Shown piece by piece: positions 51,662-64,000 of a DNA stretch of 64,000 nt. The stretch is from Phoronis australis (lineage: Eukaryota > Animalia > Phoronida). Below the pieces are notes generated by a model. The model saw only the letters and a list, made by a program, of their open reading frames with translations. It was not told the DNA's origin and did not search any database. The translations under genes and the position numbers were made by a program. The stretch is taken from the NCBI GenBank assembly GCA_002633005.1, contig NMRA01000099.1, positions 257,086 to 321,085 of the forward strand, in the 5' to 3' direction. Numbering within the stretch: the stretch's first letter is position 1; each line of letters starts with the position of its first letter.

Positions 51662-52225
51662 CTGGAAATATAGAATGAACAGCAACACAATCAGATTCAC
51701 AACCACAGAAACTAAGCGACTGCCTCTAGAATGTCACATAAACCTGTATCTTGCGCCATCTTTAAGAAATTTTCCTTTTCTCTGCAATAACATTTGGGAG
51801 TTTGCAGTTCCACATTTTACCACATTTCCTATGGACTTCATGTTGTAAACTGGTTGCTTCTGGGGCAAGATTTGTTCAAAATTGGGAATTCAGACTTGAC
51901 CCAATTGGAGACCACGACCTTCAAATTTGTTAAGGACTCTCATTGAAAATAATTTTATTATCGTGAACATGCCCCACAGTCTGAGCAGGAGAAGTGGGAC
52001 GTCATCATCTTGCTACACTACCTCACATAAAGTCTTAAGCACGTGAATGCCAGCACAAGGTTTTCCAAGCATCAAAGGGGTTCTCACTGTGCTGCAGGTA
52101 GGCTACATGTCGTCAGTGATATTGAGACAAAAATCCTCTTGCAAAAGGTCCACTGATATGATTTCGAATCTGACAACAAAGACAAAACGAACTAATAAGT
52201 GTGAACTCTTCTGTCGAATACTTAC

Positions 52226-52358
52226 ACTTCTCAGGCCCTTCTCGTAGTGGTCAAAGAAGTCGTCCAGAGCAAAGGAGGCCAGCTCCTGAGGTGGGAGGTT
52301 AGACACCTCCTCCTTGTCCATCACCCAATTGGGGGGCAGGAAGTAACGCAGACAGGTC
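52226..52358 (-). CDS. MORC2: MORC2 exon (TCLRYFLPPNW...ELASFALDDFFDHYEKGL)
   Basis: Close match to the MORC2 motif CLRYFLPP.......EL.SF.L...F..YE.GL; ttgcag| and |gtaagt junctions. Confidence 0.9.
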
Positions 52359-52661
52359 CTGCAAATCAAAGGGTACACTCAAACAGACCATGAGGAGAGA
52401 TCAGAGAACAAGAAAGAGAGCAGAGAGGTCTTCTGCGTTGGGTTTGAAGAGTCACCCTATCAGACATTTTCTAAACCAACAACATTGGTGCTACTTCTTT
52501 ACCACAAGACAATAACATGGACAAAGTTTTTTTTTCAAAAAAACAGGACAATGTTTCCACACTCAGTTACAGTGAAGCCACATTTGTTGAGACTATAGCG
52601 CTGAAAACACAGCCTCTTTCGCATTTGACAGCATTCAAGCTCAATTGAATGCAACATCTAC

Positions 52662-52795
52662 CTGTAGCCTGTAGCGAGATCCTCAGTCAGTTTGTCCAAC
52701 AAAGGCTCCTTGTCCTTGGTAGAGGACGAGGGGGTTTCACTGGTTACTTCCTGGGATGAGAGAAATGGCGAAGAGCGTGGGACAGAGGGCTTCTT
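52662..52795 (-). CDS. MORC2: MORC2 exon, Ser/Pro-rich linker (KKPSVPRSSP...LATGYR)
   Basis: tttcag| phase 0, ag|gtagat phase 2, in frame with both neighbours. Confidence 0.82.
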
Positions 52796-52986
52796 CTGAA
52801 AATAGACAAAATGATACGATGAAGATAGTGATAAAGTATCTCGAGATGTAGCAGGAATTATTAAACACGCAATTTTTGGTTTTTCGGTATTTTCACTCCA
52901 CATCCCATTTTCTTCTCCTGTTTAGATATAGCACTGTCTGTGACCTACTTTCCATGGATTGTGCTTATCAGGATCTACCCGTCAGA

Positions 52987-53076
52987 GTGTACCTGTCGTG
53001 CACACAGTACCTGTCACGCACACAGTACCTGTCACGCACACAGTACCTGTCATGCACATAGTACCTGTCATACACA
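52987..53076. repeat. 20-bp-scale minisatellite (gtacctgtcacgcacaca) x5
   Basis: Direct tandem units visible. Confidence 0.9.
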
Positions 53077-54422
53077 CTGGCTGCAAAAGGGCAGATTAAT
53101 CAACCACAATTTTCAAAGAAATTCACAACATTCTGTTCCCCCAATTATTACAAAACACACCTGGATTAAAAAAGAATTATCCTGTTCTATTAATATGGCA
53201 ACCACAAAAAATGACAGCCTCGAATTATAGAAATCCTCTGTTCAACAAGGGCATTTGAAAAATCCTGTTATGCATGCCCTCGATGCCATATCGCATGCAA
53301 ATTAGTGCCAATCTGCTGTCAAAGTCAATGAGAAACTCAGCGGATTCCCACAGCCAAGGTTGTGCCTATCTGCTGATGCAGTTGGCAGCGAGCACACGAA
53401 TTAAACATGTCATCAAGTCAGAATTCATTGTTGAAAAGCTCACTTTTCCAATTAAGCACACGGCAGACTATTAAGTGTGATGTTACTAAATTCAGTGAAA
53501 ATACAAAGAAAGAATTATGCCGCGCCAACAAAATTTTCACACCAGAACTCTATAAATTTCTTGTTGTGACTTTGAAAATCAGATTACAGTAGAAATTCTC
53601 CTGATTGGGACAGTGAAAATTTATGTAACTTTCCGGCATTTATTAAGCAAGTCAAAGCATGATTTTCTCACTTCGACTTAAAAATGATGTCAAGGGCAAA
53701 AAAATCTCCTGGCGTCTACACTTTGGTACAAAATATTTACACAATCAATCAAAAGCTCTCTTCTCAAGATGGTACGGTAATATTATGTGGCCTTGAAATT
53801 GTTGTCAAGGTCACCAAAACTTCACAGGAGTAAACATCTTTCACATTACACAGTTATATAAATAAAAAAAAGAGTCAACCAAGTCAGATAGATGATAGCC
53901 CACAGGAGGTGTAATAACCCGATTACTTCCAGAAATCCAACACCAGTCCGTTGTATCACAACCCATGGTGTTACCAACTATTAATCGAACTATTAAACAA
54001 ATGATCACCAGTCGGTCAGTCACTAGGATTTCCTGACCAATCAAAGCATGGTTATTGAACGGAGAAGTCGTAACTTTGGATATGCATACCACTATTGACA
54101 CACTGCCACCAGCTTCTTGCCTTATCATAAGTCCCGTTTAGACTTTTGACACAACACAACTAACACGGTGCAAGATGATCGGTGTCAAGCGGTCATTTAC
54201 ATACACGCACGTATGCACACACAACTCAGAAACGGTGGCAAGGCGGCAGTTGTGGAATGTGGAGTGATCATGCAGAAAGGATCAAATGGCGGGAGTCACG
54301 ACTTATTAATAAATTTGTTGCTTCGAAGAGTTTTTTGATCACATGATTAACGCTCGATCATCTCGTTCCGTGCCTGCTGATCCGTGTCAACTTTTGTAGT
54401 GTAAACAAGACTACAAACATAC

Positions 54423-54471
54423 CTGCTTGCTTCCTTTGGTAATCCTCAATTCTTTACTGTTACTGTCGATC
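54423..54471 (-). CDS. MORC2: MORC2 49-nt exon ((W)IDSNSKELRITKGSKQ), end of Tudor/chromo-like domain; upstream exons not found in the window
   Basis: ttgtag| and cag|gtatgt junctions; phase matches the next exon; resembles W(V/I)...S..(V/L)R. Confidence 0.7.
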
Positions 54472-55928
54472 CTACAATAAAAAATGGACATCTGCATGAG
54501 ATGCGAAACATTAAACAAATCACCACTCGTGAAAACACACGGGGGTTCAGGATCAAAAAGATCTTTCAACGCATGTTAAAGAAAAACTGCTTGAAAAGCG
54601 TAATGTACGCAAGCATCAAAAGAACGTCTCCAAAATGCTACGTACACAAGAGCTTTTCAAAACAGGTCAACTACATGGTGCGGTAATTTTCCACTAATTT
54701 CGCACAAAATGAATGAAGTATATATTCCTGATAGTTAGGATGTGCCGGCTGAGTAATCAAGCATTACTAACTAACTGATCGTGTGTGAATTTAATAAAAT
54801 GTGGCCTAGGTGTTGCCAACACGATCCAGTAAACAGTAACTATGTTACTATATCCTGTTCCAATATAATAGTACATTATCCCTTCATTGGTGAAACAATC
54901 TTTTAGCATATCGGTCTGAGTGACACCACACTCAATACAAGCAGCATGAGATATCTGACATGAATGGAAGAATTAAATGGTGAATATACAATGCTGAGAC
55001 CTTATCAAGACAGTTACAAGGTGTACATTTCTAGAATTCAAATGACAAGGCTATGGCTTGATATTTTCTAAGTGAAAAACTAACTGTGTGCGAATTAGGC
55101 GAGGCAAGACATTCACACTACGTAGCCTCGTGAGAAATAAGTGAAGGATGAAATATTATTTTCCAAAATAATTTTTGTTGTTCAAAATGTGTGCAAAATA
55201 AGAGAATTACTGTAAGTTAAAATACGAATGAAGCGGTTTATTAAGACAAAATTAATAATTAACCTCCAATACAACCAAAGCCTAACTATAAAAACAAGAC
55301 ATGTCCAAGGGCCTCGTTTCATGACTTGATTTTTGTGACTATCACAAATTAAATCAAACCACACAACACTTATCTGTGTTGGTACAAAATGAGTTGTCCC
55401 AAGGTAAGAGTCATGTTACATAAACAGGATTAGACATTTGCAAGTCCAAGTTTACCTGGTTATTCACATACAATTCAGTTATTTTCTGCAGTCCCAAACT
55501 TGAACTGGGGTTTATTTTAAAGCAATATTCTTTGAGTTGAGAACTTGTGCAAAATATAAGAAACCCCTTCAATGTGAAACACTACTTGTTGTCACTCTCA
55601 TAAAACAAAGACTAATTGTGCTAAAAATCACGAGACAGATCATAAACTCACAGTGTCATACAGATGACCATAGTATGCACAAGTGTGGGTTTCACAAGGA
55701 GGACCATCATTCCCACCTTATCCTCTAACCAGGTGTGATAACTACAGGTAATGAGGCAGAATTACTGGCTGAGATTGAATAATGGGAGGAAATATTTGTA
55801 CAACAAGTAAATTGCAGTGTAATGGGTCAAGACAATACACTGCAAACAGATGGGGGACTAATGGCTGAAGACAGAACTAAGGAGTCGGAGTGTAGGTAAC
55901 TGATTATGATAGCAGCAGTTAGACTTAG

Positions 55929-57205
55929 AAACAAGAGCAACGCCGAGAGTTGAAATGCACCCACGAATGCACTGCAAACGGTGTGCTTCTAGGGTGTATA
56001 TTTGTGTCATAAAAATTGCCACTTGATTGAGTAAAATACTTCCAATCAATCAAAAAACGGGAAAATGTCCCCGTTTTTTTAAAAGAAAGCTATTTACCAC
56101 ATTTCATGAAAATTCGTCAAGAAACGGAACAAAATGGAAAAAATGAAATTGCGACTAGAGGGCAAAGCGTTCATCGTATCTGAAAGTTGTCGTCTTCTGA
56201 TGTCAACTTCATATGAATACACTTGCAAAATTTAATAAAGATCCTGCAGAAGGCTTGGGAGATACAGCTAAGGGCGCAAAAAACAAAACTGCCACTATTG
56301 GGTGCCACAGTAACTGAAGTTGGAAAGTCATCGTCAACCGTCCTTTTCACACTAAGAACATATAAGTCAATTTTCACAATCATCCTAAGAGTGGTTTGGT
56401 TGACAGATGGCGGATGCCAAAAACAGACAAGAAAATATGTCGAATCCACCTGAAAACCGGAAAATATCACCGTTTCTTTAAAAGAAAGCTATTTACTAAA
56501 TTTCATGAAAATTCGTAGAGGAACTTCAGAGAAACAGGAGAACAGAAAAAAGGAAATTGCCACTAGGGGGCAAAGTGTTTGTTGGATCCGTCTGAAAGTA
56601 GTCATCTTTCGTTATCAACTTCATATAAATAAACATGGTAAATTTACTAAAGATCCTGCAGAGGGCTTAGGAGATACAGGTGAGGGCACAAAAAAACAAA
56701 ACTGCCACTAGGAGGTGCTACAGTACTCGAAGTCGTCGGAAAATCATCGTCAACAGTCCTCTTCATAGTAAGAAAATACATGCCAATTTTCATAATCATC
56801 GTTAGAGTAGTTTGGTTGATAGAAGGGCGGATGCCAAAAAAAACAGACCCGAAAATAGTAAAAACAACCACTAGATGGCGCAAAATGCTTCGAATTCACC
56901 TAAAAACGGGAGGATAGCAGAACCTCCTTAATAGATGCCTATGTGCCAAATTTCATGAAAATCAGTTGAGGACCTTTGAAGAGACAGCGGCAAATGTAAA
57001 AAACTAAAATTGCCACTAGGGGGCAGAGCTTTTTTTGGGTCAATCCAAAACTCGTCGCCCTCTGTCGTCAACCCTATAGGAACACACCTGCCACATTTCA
57101 GTAAGATCCTGCAAGAGGTTTAGGAGATGCAGCCGTGGCTGCTGGATGCCCAGACAGAGATGACGGCAACATGCACCTACATATAAATATGAGGACACAC
57201 AAAAA
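55929..57205 (-). mobile_element. HINE-like element copy 3 in a MORC2 intron
   Basis: AACAAGAGCAACG start, periodic gccactagRDGGC units, gacagagatgacggca...A-tract end. Confidence 0.75.
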
Positions 57206-60200
57206 TGATCAGGATCTTGTGAGATACGGTAATGCTCCACTTATTTAACACAGTCACTTCATTTCACACACAAAAATTATTATGAAAAACATTATTTTGG
57301 TCACATATTTCGCGTGAGGCTACTTGGTAGAAATTTCTTGCTTCACCCAATTTACAGCTTTATTCTGCAGAAAATGTCAGTGCAAAGCCCGGTTATTAAT
57401 TCTTGTCCTACACACCTTTTAACTGCAGTTTTAATCAGATCTGAACACACTCACCACTCCAGCCATTTATATGGGATATCTCATGCTGCTGTATACATGT
57501 GGTGAAAAGGGTGACCTGGAAGAGTGTTGTGTCACTCAAGAGTCATAGGTTCAAAAGGGTATTTCACCAAAGATGGGGTAAAGTACTATTCCAGAACAGG
57601 ATAAAGTAACTAATTACTGTTAATTGGATCATGTTGGAAACCTGTAGGCCGCATTTCGTGAAATTTACACACGGCCACTTGGCGATGCTTGGATATTCAG
57701 CTAATTTCACGAACTCGTCAACTACGAAGTCTGTATATTCAGTTTATTTGGCACACTGCGATTAGCTGGAAAATTTTGTGTGAAATAAGTGGAGATTTAC
57801 CATAAAAACCTACAGTGGCACGACGAGAATGAACAAAACTACGAAAAAGTTTACCAGCCAGCTGAGAATTAAACGCAAATATTTTCAGACATGTAATCAA
57901 ACACCCGATCCATTTTACAATGACCAGCTAGAACATAAGGCTAACAATGAAACTTGTACTCATGACCTTGCTTGAAGTCTAGCACTTGGTATTTAATTCT
58001 TATGTAAAGCAATCTGGCAAATGTTCATCTAGACGATTGATAGAATGGCAAATGCTTTTTTTGTGAATGCTTGACATAAGTGGCTAATCTGCCATCTGGT
58101 TTGGTCATCTGTTACCATCATGTGGTATGCTATTTGATAGATTAACAAATACAGCAGCATAAGAAAATTGCACCAGTAGGTGACATTATTCCCTACATTT
58201 GTAAACTAGCCAGGAGATCACTAAGTCCATCTGTCCACAAATAGCTTTAATCAGGATTATATTTAGTAATATGAATGGATCAGCAAGGTGCTTTAGGGGT
58301 CCCCCCATTAACATGGTGTTACACACAGTACATTAGGGGAAGTTAAAGGCAAAGCCTATGTTTGTAAAACTACAAAGCAGCAATGAGCTAATACCACACA
58401 GTGGGTAGGCAATTTGTGCTGTCAGGCAACTAGAATAAATTAGCAAAACCATGTGACAAATAAGACAAACTATGAAATTGTACAAAATAGGCTTCTGAAG
58501 GCTGTTACTTGAAGAGATTACTCGACAACTGTCCTTTGATTTTACTCAAAAGTAAAAAATCTGAATACAAATTGCCAAAAGTTATTTTCTGCCTTTTTCA
58601 TTTCTTGGAACATTTTGTTTAATGTCCAGTCCTATTTCAGTCTTTTGAGTTTGAGTTGGTAGGCATATTTTCTTGGCAGGCTGTGCCATCCGTAGATTGA
58701 TTTTTAGCTGAAAGTCAAAAGACAAAAGACACTTTGAAAAACAGGCCACCAGTTCTTCAGCCTCAACTACGACTCAGACCGGGGTACCACATTATCATAG
58801 CCTTAACGTTATAATACACAGTTCTGAAAAACAGTGATGACAAAAACAGAACAAGGATAACTAACAGAGCACATAATAGAATTTGCAGACAACCTAGAAC
58901 CGAAGAGAATATGATGCGTTACTAATCAGGTGTATCATATCAAGCACAACAGGAAATGTGTGATATTCTAATACGTTAATTGTCATTAGAAAACAACAGA
59001 ACTAAACATTGGCATTAGATACATGACACCAGATAATTGTGGCTCTATTAATGGAAAGACAGATCCGAAACAAAGATGATTATGAAATAAACAATAATCT
59101 AATAATGAACACTGAGCGAAGAATAATCTAATGAGTGACCATGTAATACAGCTTAAATCAGAGGATGGATACAGGAAACTAGTTTAATGGCATCATTTGC
59201 TATATGAACACATATTCTTAATTCAGATTATGCCTTGTGCACATTTATCAGGTAATTGGTGACAATGAGCATATGGGACTCAGTGTGAGGTGTCACAGGC
59301 ACACTTGGGCAACACCTATTAAATAGGCGTCCAGCGGAGATAATTGGACGACAAAATATGGACAGAGCAGGACAGACTACGGAGAGGAGGGCTGATCAAA
59401 GGACAGGAGGGTCATTAGAGGTACAGATACAGAGCTGGGGGCAGTATGGGGAGTGGCAAGTCACATCTGTGCTCCAGTAAAACTAATGTCTGGAGTATTG
59501 CACACACCAGATTTACACACTTGTGTAATAAAAGCAAACATGAGGATAGATTTGTCGTGCAGCTTGTGTGATCGAAGACCGGATGTTCAAATGAATAAAT
59601 AAGAAACTGAAATGGATTAAAAACTGCTCAACTGAAATTCTTAAATGTAAAAAATCTAAGTTGCCGTTAACATTAATTTTATTTTGGAATATTCATACAT
59701 CTAGCAAATCATGTTGATTTGCATACGTAGGCAATTCAAATTTTCCATGCAAATCTTCATAAATTGTGTAGGGTACAGTGGTTATAGAGCACCCAATATT
59801 AACACACAACTTACACCCATGCTGCACACCATCGATATATTAATATTGACAAAAATCCTTCCATATCAACGACACAGAACTCATTCTGCATACATCAATT
59901 TTTTACGACTTTTGCAGAGCCATCAACGTCGTGTAAAACGGTCCCATATTTACCTCATAAAAAGTTTATAAAGATATTAGCAACTGAGACCGGAGACACA
60001 ATGCTAAACCAGCATCACTGTACATGATGTACACGGACTGTGCTTGTAATGCACAACAGGTACTTCATAAAAACAATATAATTTTTCTTTAAGCCGAACA
60101 CACAAAATTTTACTGTTGGGTCAACAGCACGAGTCTAATAAACGTAAAAGAAATCATAGGTGATAAGTGAACAGGGCACTCCAAGTGTGAGCATGTGAGG

Positions 60201-60485
60201 ATGACCACATATCAGAACTGCTTGAGTACTGGCCTCCATTTCAATGCATAGCTGACAGTATCAGGGCACAAGGTCTAATTTCCGAACTCGATTCTATACG
60301 GACTCGAAATTTAACCAATCATGTCACCTGACTAGAACAGGGCATGAAATGACCCATGACAAAAAAAGAGGAAAATTTTTACTGCCCCCAAAAACATATT
60401 GCAATCTATAAAACCATACCTCAACATATCGAAAGTAAACATTATTATCACAAGATGCCCTGTTACTGTGTCGTGTTGGCAAAAC

Positions 60486-60567
60486 ACACTCATTTTAAGC
60501 AGTACCTGACATCCACTCACTTTAAGCAGTACCTGACATCCACTCGTTTTAAGCAGTATCTGACATC
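60486..60567. repeat. ~27-bp tandem repeat x3
   Basis: tttaagcagtacctgacatccactc units. Confidence 0.85.
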
Positions 60568-60588
60568 TATTTCAGCAACAATAATGAA

Positions 60589-63465
60589 CAGGGCTCGACG
60601 TTATTAAAATCGCCAAGTCGCATTTTGCGACCAAGCCAAAATCCCAAGTCGCATTTCCAAAATGCAGCTCGCATTCATAAATGCCAGGTCGCAAAATTTT
60701 CCCGCCATTTTTACGGGCCAAAATTTATTTTTTTAGATCATTGAGAAAATGTTTTGATTAAGCTCGTACCTACAGCGTTAAATACTCACAAATTTCACAT
60801 CGTACATACAGGTACAGCGTTATTGTTCTTCACGACTGCCATTGAAAGGCTCCAGAGCGCAAGGCAAGTTGCCGACGTGAAAGTTGAATCAGTGCTCTCT
60901 AACTGACATATGCATTCGAATAGCTAAGTTTGCGATGTGAAAAGGGAGTAAATGCCCATTGAAAAAGTATCCGGGTTTTTGCTAGGTCTGACCTGCTGCT
61001 GGCTGTCACCAAAGTCGTTAAAGATTCACACTAACTCGGAGTGCAATTTCCCTCCACTTTTTGTTCGCAATCCAAATTTTGCATCTTAACTCGACGTTTG
61101 AAAAACATCTGTCGAAAAAATCCGTGAAACGATGCCCTAACCGAATAACCTATCAGGATGCGCGGGAACACTTCAGGGCAAATTTCAAAACAAAAATGTG
61201 GTACTTATGCCGTTTACGTACTCAACAATTAGTTTTCCATGAAATGAATAGCCTCGAAATAAGTCCCGACTCCCTCCGTTCGGGTTTTCATCGGGTAATG
61301 GCGTGTTTGCTCCTCAACACCCTCCAAGTACGGGAAAAATAGGTCAGTAGCCAAAACGACACTCATGTCACTAGTTTTAACATTCTTTCGGAGGTATGAA
61401 ACAAAGCCGTTATTTGGATTTTACATGTTGAGAAATGACGTTTTTTGAAAACTGAATTTGTTTTAAAATGAGAGTGACACACCATATAGGCTGCGTGTCA
61501 ATTTTCTACCACGCGCGGTCGTTTGTTGTGCGCTATGATGGGCGCAAGCCTGAACTGTGGGCGCTTATTTGGAAATTCTCAAAAGTTGAGGGAGAACGCT
61601 TAGTAGATCAGTGAGCGCTTATTATGAAGCACTTCAAAGGTAGGGAGTAGGCTTGTGCGTGAGCATAGTCGTTAGACTGAGTGTTTGCAGTAATAAGGTA
61701 TTGGAAGACTGCAATGGTAAGAAATGTTATTACAATATGATTTTGCCAGGCAAACTCCATCTAGTAGGGGTGGCTTTCTGGATATCGTTACCACCTACAC
61801 TGTACCCTTTTTAGCCACCAGGAATAATCTTTTTTTAATTGCCCGCTTCAGCCGGAACTAGATTGTTTCTATTTGAGTCTGAACATTTTACGGCGACGGT
61901 GGTCCGGGGAGCGAAAAGTTGCTGGAGGAGGGGGGTGTATGAAGAGAAGAATAAAAAGTCCGCTAACCACAATTTTGCATCTAGTACCCGTTTAGTTGCA
62001 ATAGCTGGCTACAGGCAAAGAATATGGGGTTTAGGGAACATCGACCTCGGGAAACATCGGTACAGGAAAACATCAATTTTGGGTTACTATATCGGTTCCG
62101 TAACGCATCTGGGGTTTTATAACTGCCGGGAATCTTTGAGTTTATTTTCAAATAAACCTCTGGCGCCTGGGTGATTATCAGAGTTAAGCCGGTATACTCT
62201 TTCATTTAGGGCTCTGTCGCTGTTCTCTTTTGATGTACAGCTCTGAAGTGGTGAGCACGCGGGAGTTCACGCACTTAAATCGAGTAGGCCTACACTTTAC
62301 GTTAGCAACAACGTGTGAAAGACAAATGCAATCCCGTCATTATTGCCAACACGAAAAACGGATTTGGTCTTTTTGGCATTTGAAGACTATTTTAAATACG
62401 ACAAATTTGTTAAGAATCGATGGCACAAAATATAAAACATGTAATAAGCATTACAAAAAGAAGTAGGTTTTGCGTGCAAACGCTGTGGACCATAAACAAG
62501 TAGGTCTCTTAGTATGAGATTAGTAGTTAAATCGTGGTGGTGTAGTGGCAACGCAAGCGCGCACTAATCGCCAGGTCGTGAGTTCGAGTCTTTACTACTT
62601 GCAGTTTTTCCTGTTTGACACGTTCTCCTTTTTTTGCCTTTTTTCGTGAATAATACTTCAGGAATCAAGGAAAATGCTTGATTTTTAGAGGTAAAAACAG
62701 AAAAATTTCCCGGGCGGGAAGGGGGCGAACCCCCCTCCCGACCTCCCCCCATTCGGTGCTATGCGCGTCTACAATCGTGGTTCAGTTTACGCAAATTCTT
62801 ACACCCGGACAAAATGTTGAGCCCCCCCTTGTGATATCCTAGATCCGCCACTGGGCGGTCTTATGCGATAAAGTGAAGATTGTCTGCCGGGACCGCGTGC
62901 GGGCTAACAACGGGATCAACCAGTGCGGCCGCAGTGTAATATCAGGGATAATGTCGTGAATATTAAGTAGATGTAATAAGGACATCTTACGCGAAAAATA
63001 AACATATTTGTCCACCACATAGTTTGGTAAGCTGACCGTTTAAGATTTAGTAGAAACACCGCTGTTTTGTGACGTTTTATCATGTGTTATGCAGTGACCC
63101 GAAACTTTTTTCCGCGAATCCGGAAATTTCCAAAAGTGGCCGAAAATGTTAGCCAATGAAACGTGTCATAGATCGATTCCGCATATCCCATGTTCACGCG
63201 ACTTGCTAACAAGTCATCGGGAGGGCTGTTCTCGGTTAGTATTCTTTTGAACTTGGATTTGGCAACAACCAAATAACCGGGTCGGATTAACAAGAGTTGC
63301 TTTATATTTGCCAGGTATCTGCCAAGAAGTGTAAAAACTCAGCTCGCATTCGTTGGAAATTCCAGGTCGCACTTTGCGACTTGATACGAGCTGACAAAAA
63401 TCTCAGCTTGCATTTCCAAATTTCAGGTCGCAAATGCGACCTACAGCTCGTTATGTCGAGCCCTG
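60589..63465. mobile_element. 2.9-kb hAT-like non-autonomous composite element with 5-bp TSD (ATGAA)
   Basis: ATGAA|CAGGGCTCGAC ... GTCGAGCCCTG|ATGAA; subterminal gtcgca/tgcgac repeats at both ends; no transposase ORF visible. Confidence 0.8.
62530..62853 (-). mobile_element. Nested inverted copy of the 31940-32275 MITE/tRNA-like unit
   Basis: cccccccttgtgatatcctagatccgccactg terminus; tggtgtagtgg A-box and gttcgagtc B-box on +. Confidence 0.75.
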
Positions 63466-64000
63466 ATGAAGGAAATTAGATGCAACAAAAGATATTTTTT
63501 AAATTAAAATAATAAACATAATGATGCAAAATTTGCAGTGTGAGTGACAGAACATTATTCTTGATTTGCTGCAGGGAGACCTATAAAATTCTTTTCATTA
63601 TTTTAAGTTCTTATAATTATGATACATTATAAAAATTTTTTGAAAATCGGCCAAGATTATCTGGAAAGCCTGAAATACATACACACTTAATTCAACAAAA
63701 ATTTTAATTCCAACGCAATGGAAAAAAGACAAGACGAAAAAACCTGTGGCTCATACCCCAACTCTTAGCATGGAAAAAATGAAAGTAAAAAACAACATGC
63801 TTTAAACTATAGAACAGATCAATCACAATCCTAAGTTGGCCAAACTTTTCAGTTTATAACAGTACTCACAGGAGATAATTGTTCATAAGCCATGCTGGTG
63901 TAGAACAAACTATGTGACAAAGAAATAACTACAAGAGCACTCAAAATAGGTTAACAGAATTTGTAAACAATGACTTGGACCAATCAGATCATTCAGAACC

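Noticed and set aside
10027-54471. Morgue, dysbindin, T-box and MORC2 as one functional gene system
   Set aside because: Unrelated pathways and mixed orientations; adjacency in an animal genome is not evidence of co-function.
45874-57240. Family of similar short ORFs (KRTVDDDFPT...APPSGSFVF)
   Set aside because: Translations of the same non-coding Helentron-like repeat unit, with frames not preserved among copies.
60589-63465. Transib/ProtoRAG element, suggested by the 5-bp TSD
   Set aside because: Termini are CAGGGCTC rather than a CAC heptamer-like RSS, and no RAG1/2-like coding sequence is visible.

Overview
AT-rich, intron-rich, repeat-rich animal (probably marine invertebrate) genomic DNA, not prokaryotic; most ORFs in the supplied track are spurious or run off exon ends into introns. 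I assembled four spliced protein genes by hand from GT-AG junctions and phase continuity. (1) A Morgue-type protein on + (about 10.0-15.1 kb): Cys4 zinc finger, F-box and a ubiquitin-E2 variant whose catalytic Cys is replaced by Gly. (2) Dysbindin/DTNBP1 on - (30558-20550, 8 coding exons). (3) A 6-exon, 403-aa T-box gene on + (33720-44500), most like the Tbx6/16 family. (4) The last five coding exons of a MORC2 orthologue on - (54471-50276). Introns and spacers hold many non-autonomous transposons: PIF/Harbinger-type MITEs with CWG targets, a TcMar-Tc2-like MITE, a MULE/foldback MITE with a clean 9-bp TSD, a 2.9-kb hAT-like element with a 5-bp TSD, Penelope and CR1/L2 remnants, and tRNA-derived pieces. 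The most striking non-coding signal is a Helentron-like family whose ~145-165-bp internal repeats each carry a CTCF-consensus motif, forming oriented arrays in and downstream of the T-box gene. Two near-identical tandem duplications split by single Ns look like haplotype overlaps at contig joins. All family assignments come from motif recognition only; no searches were run.
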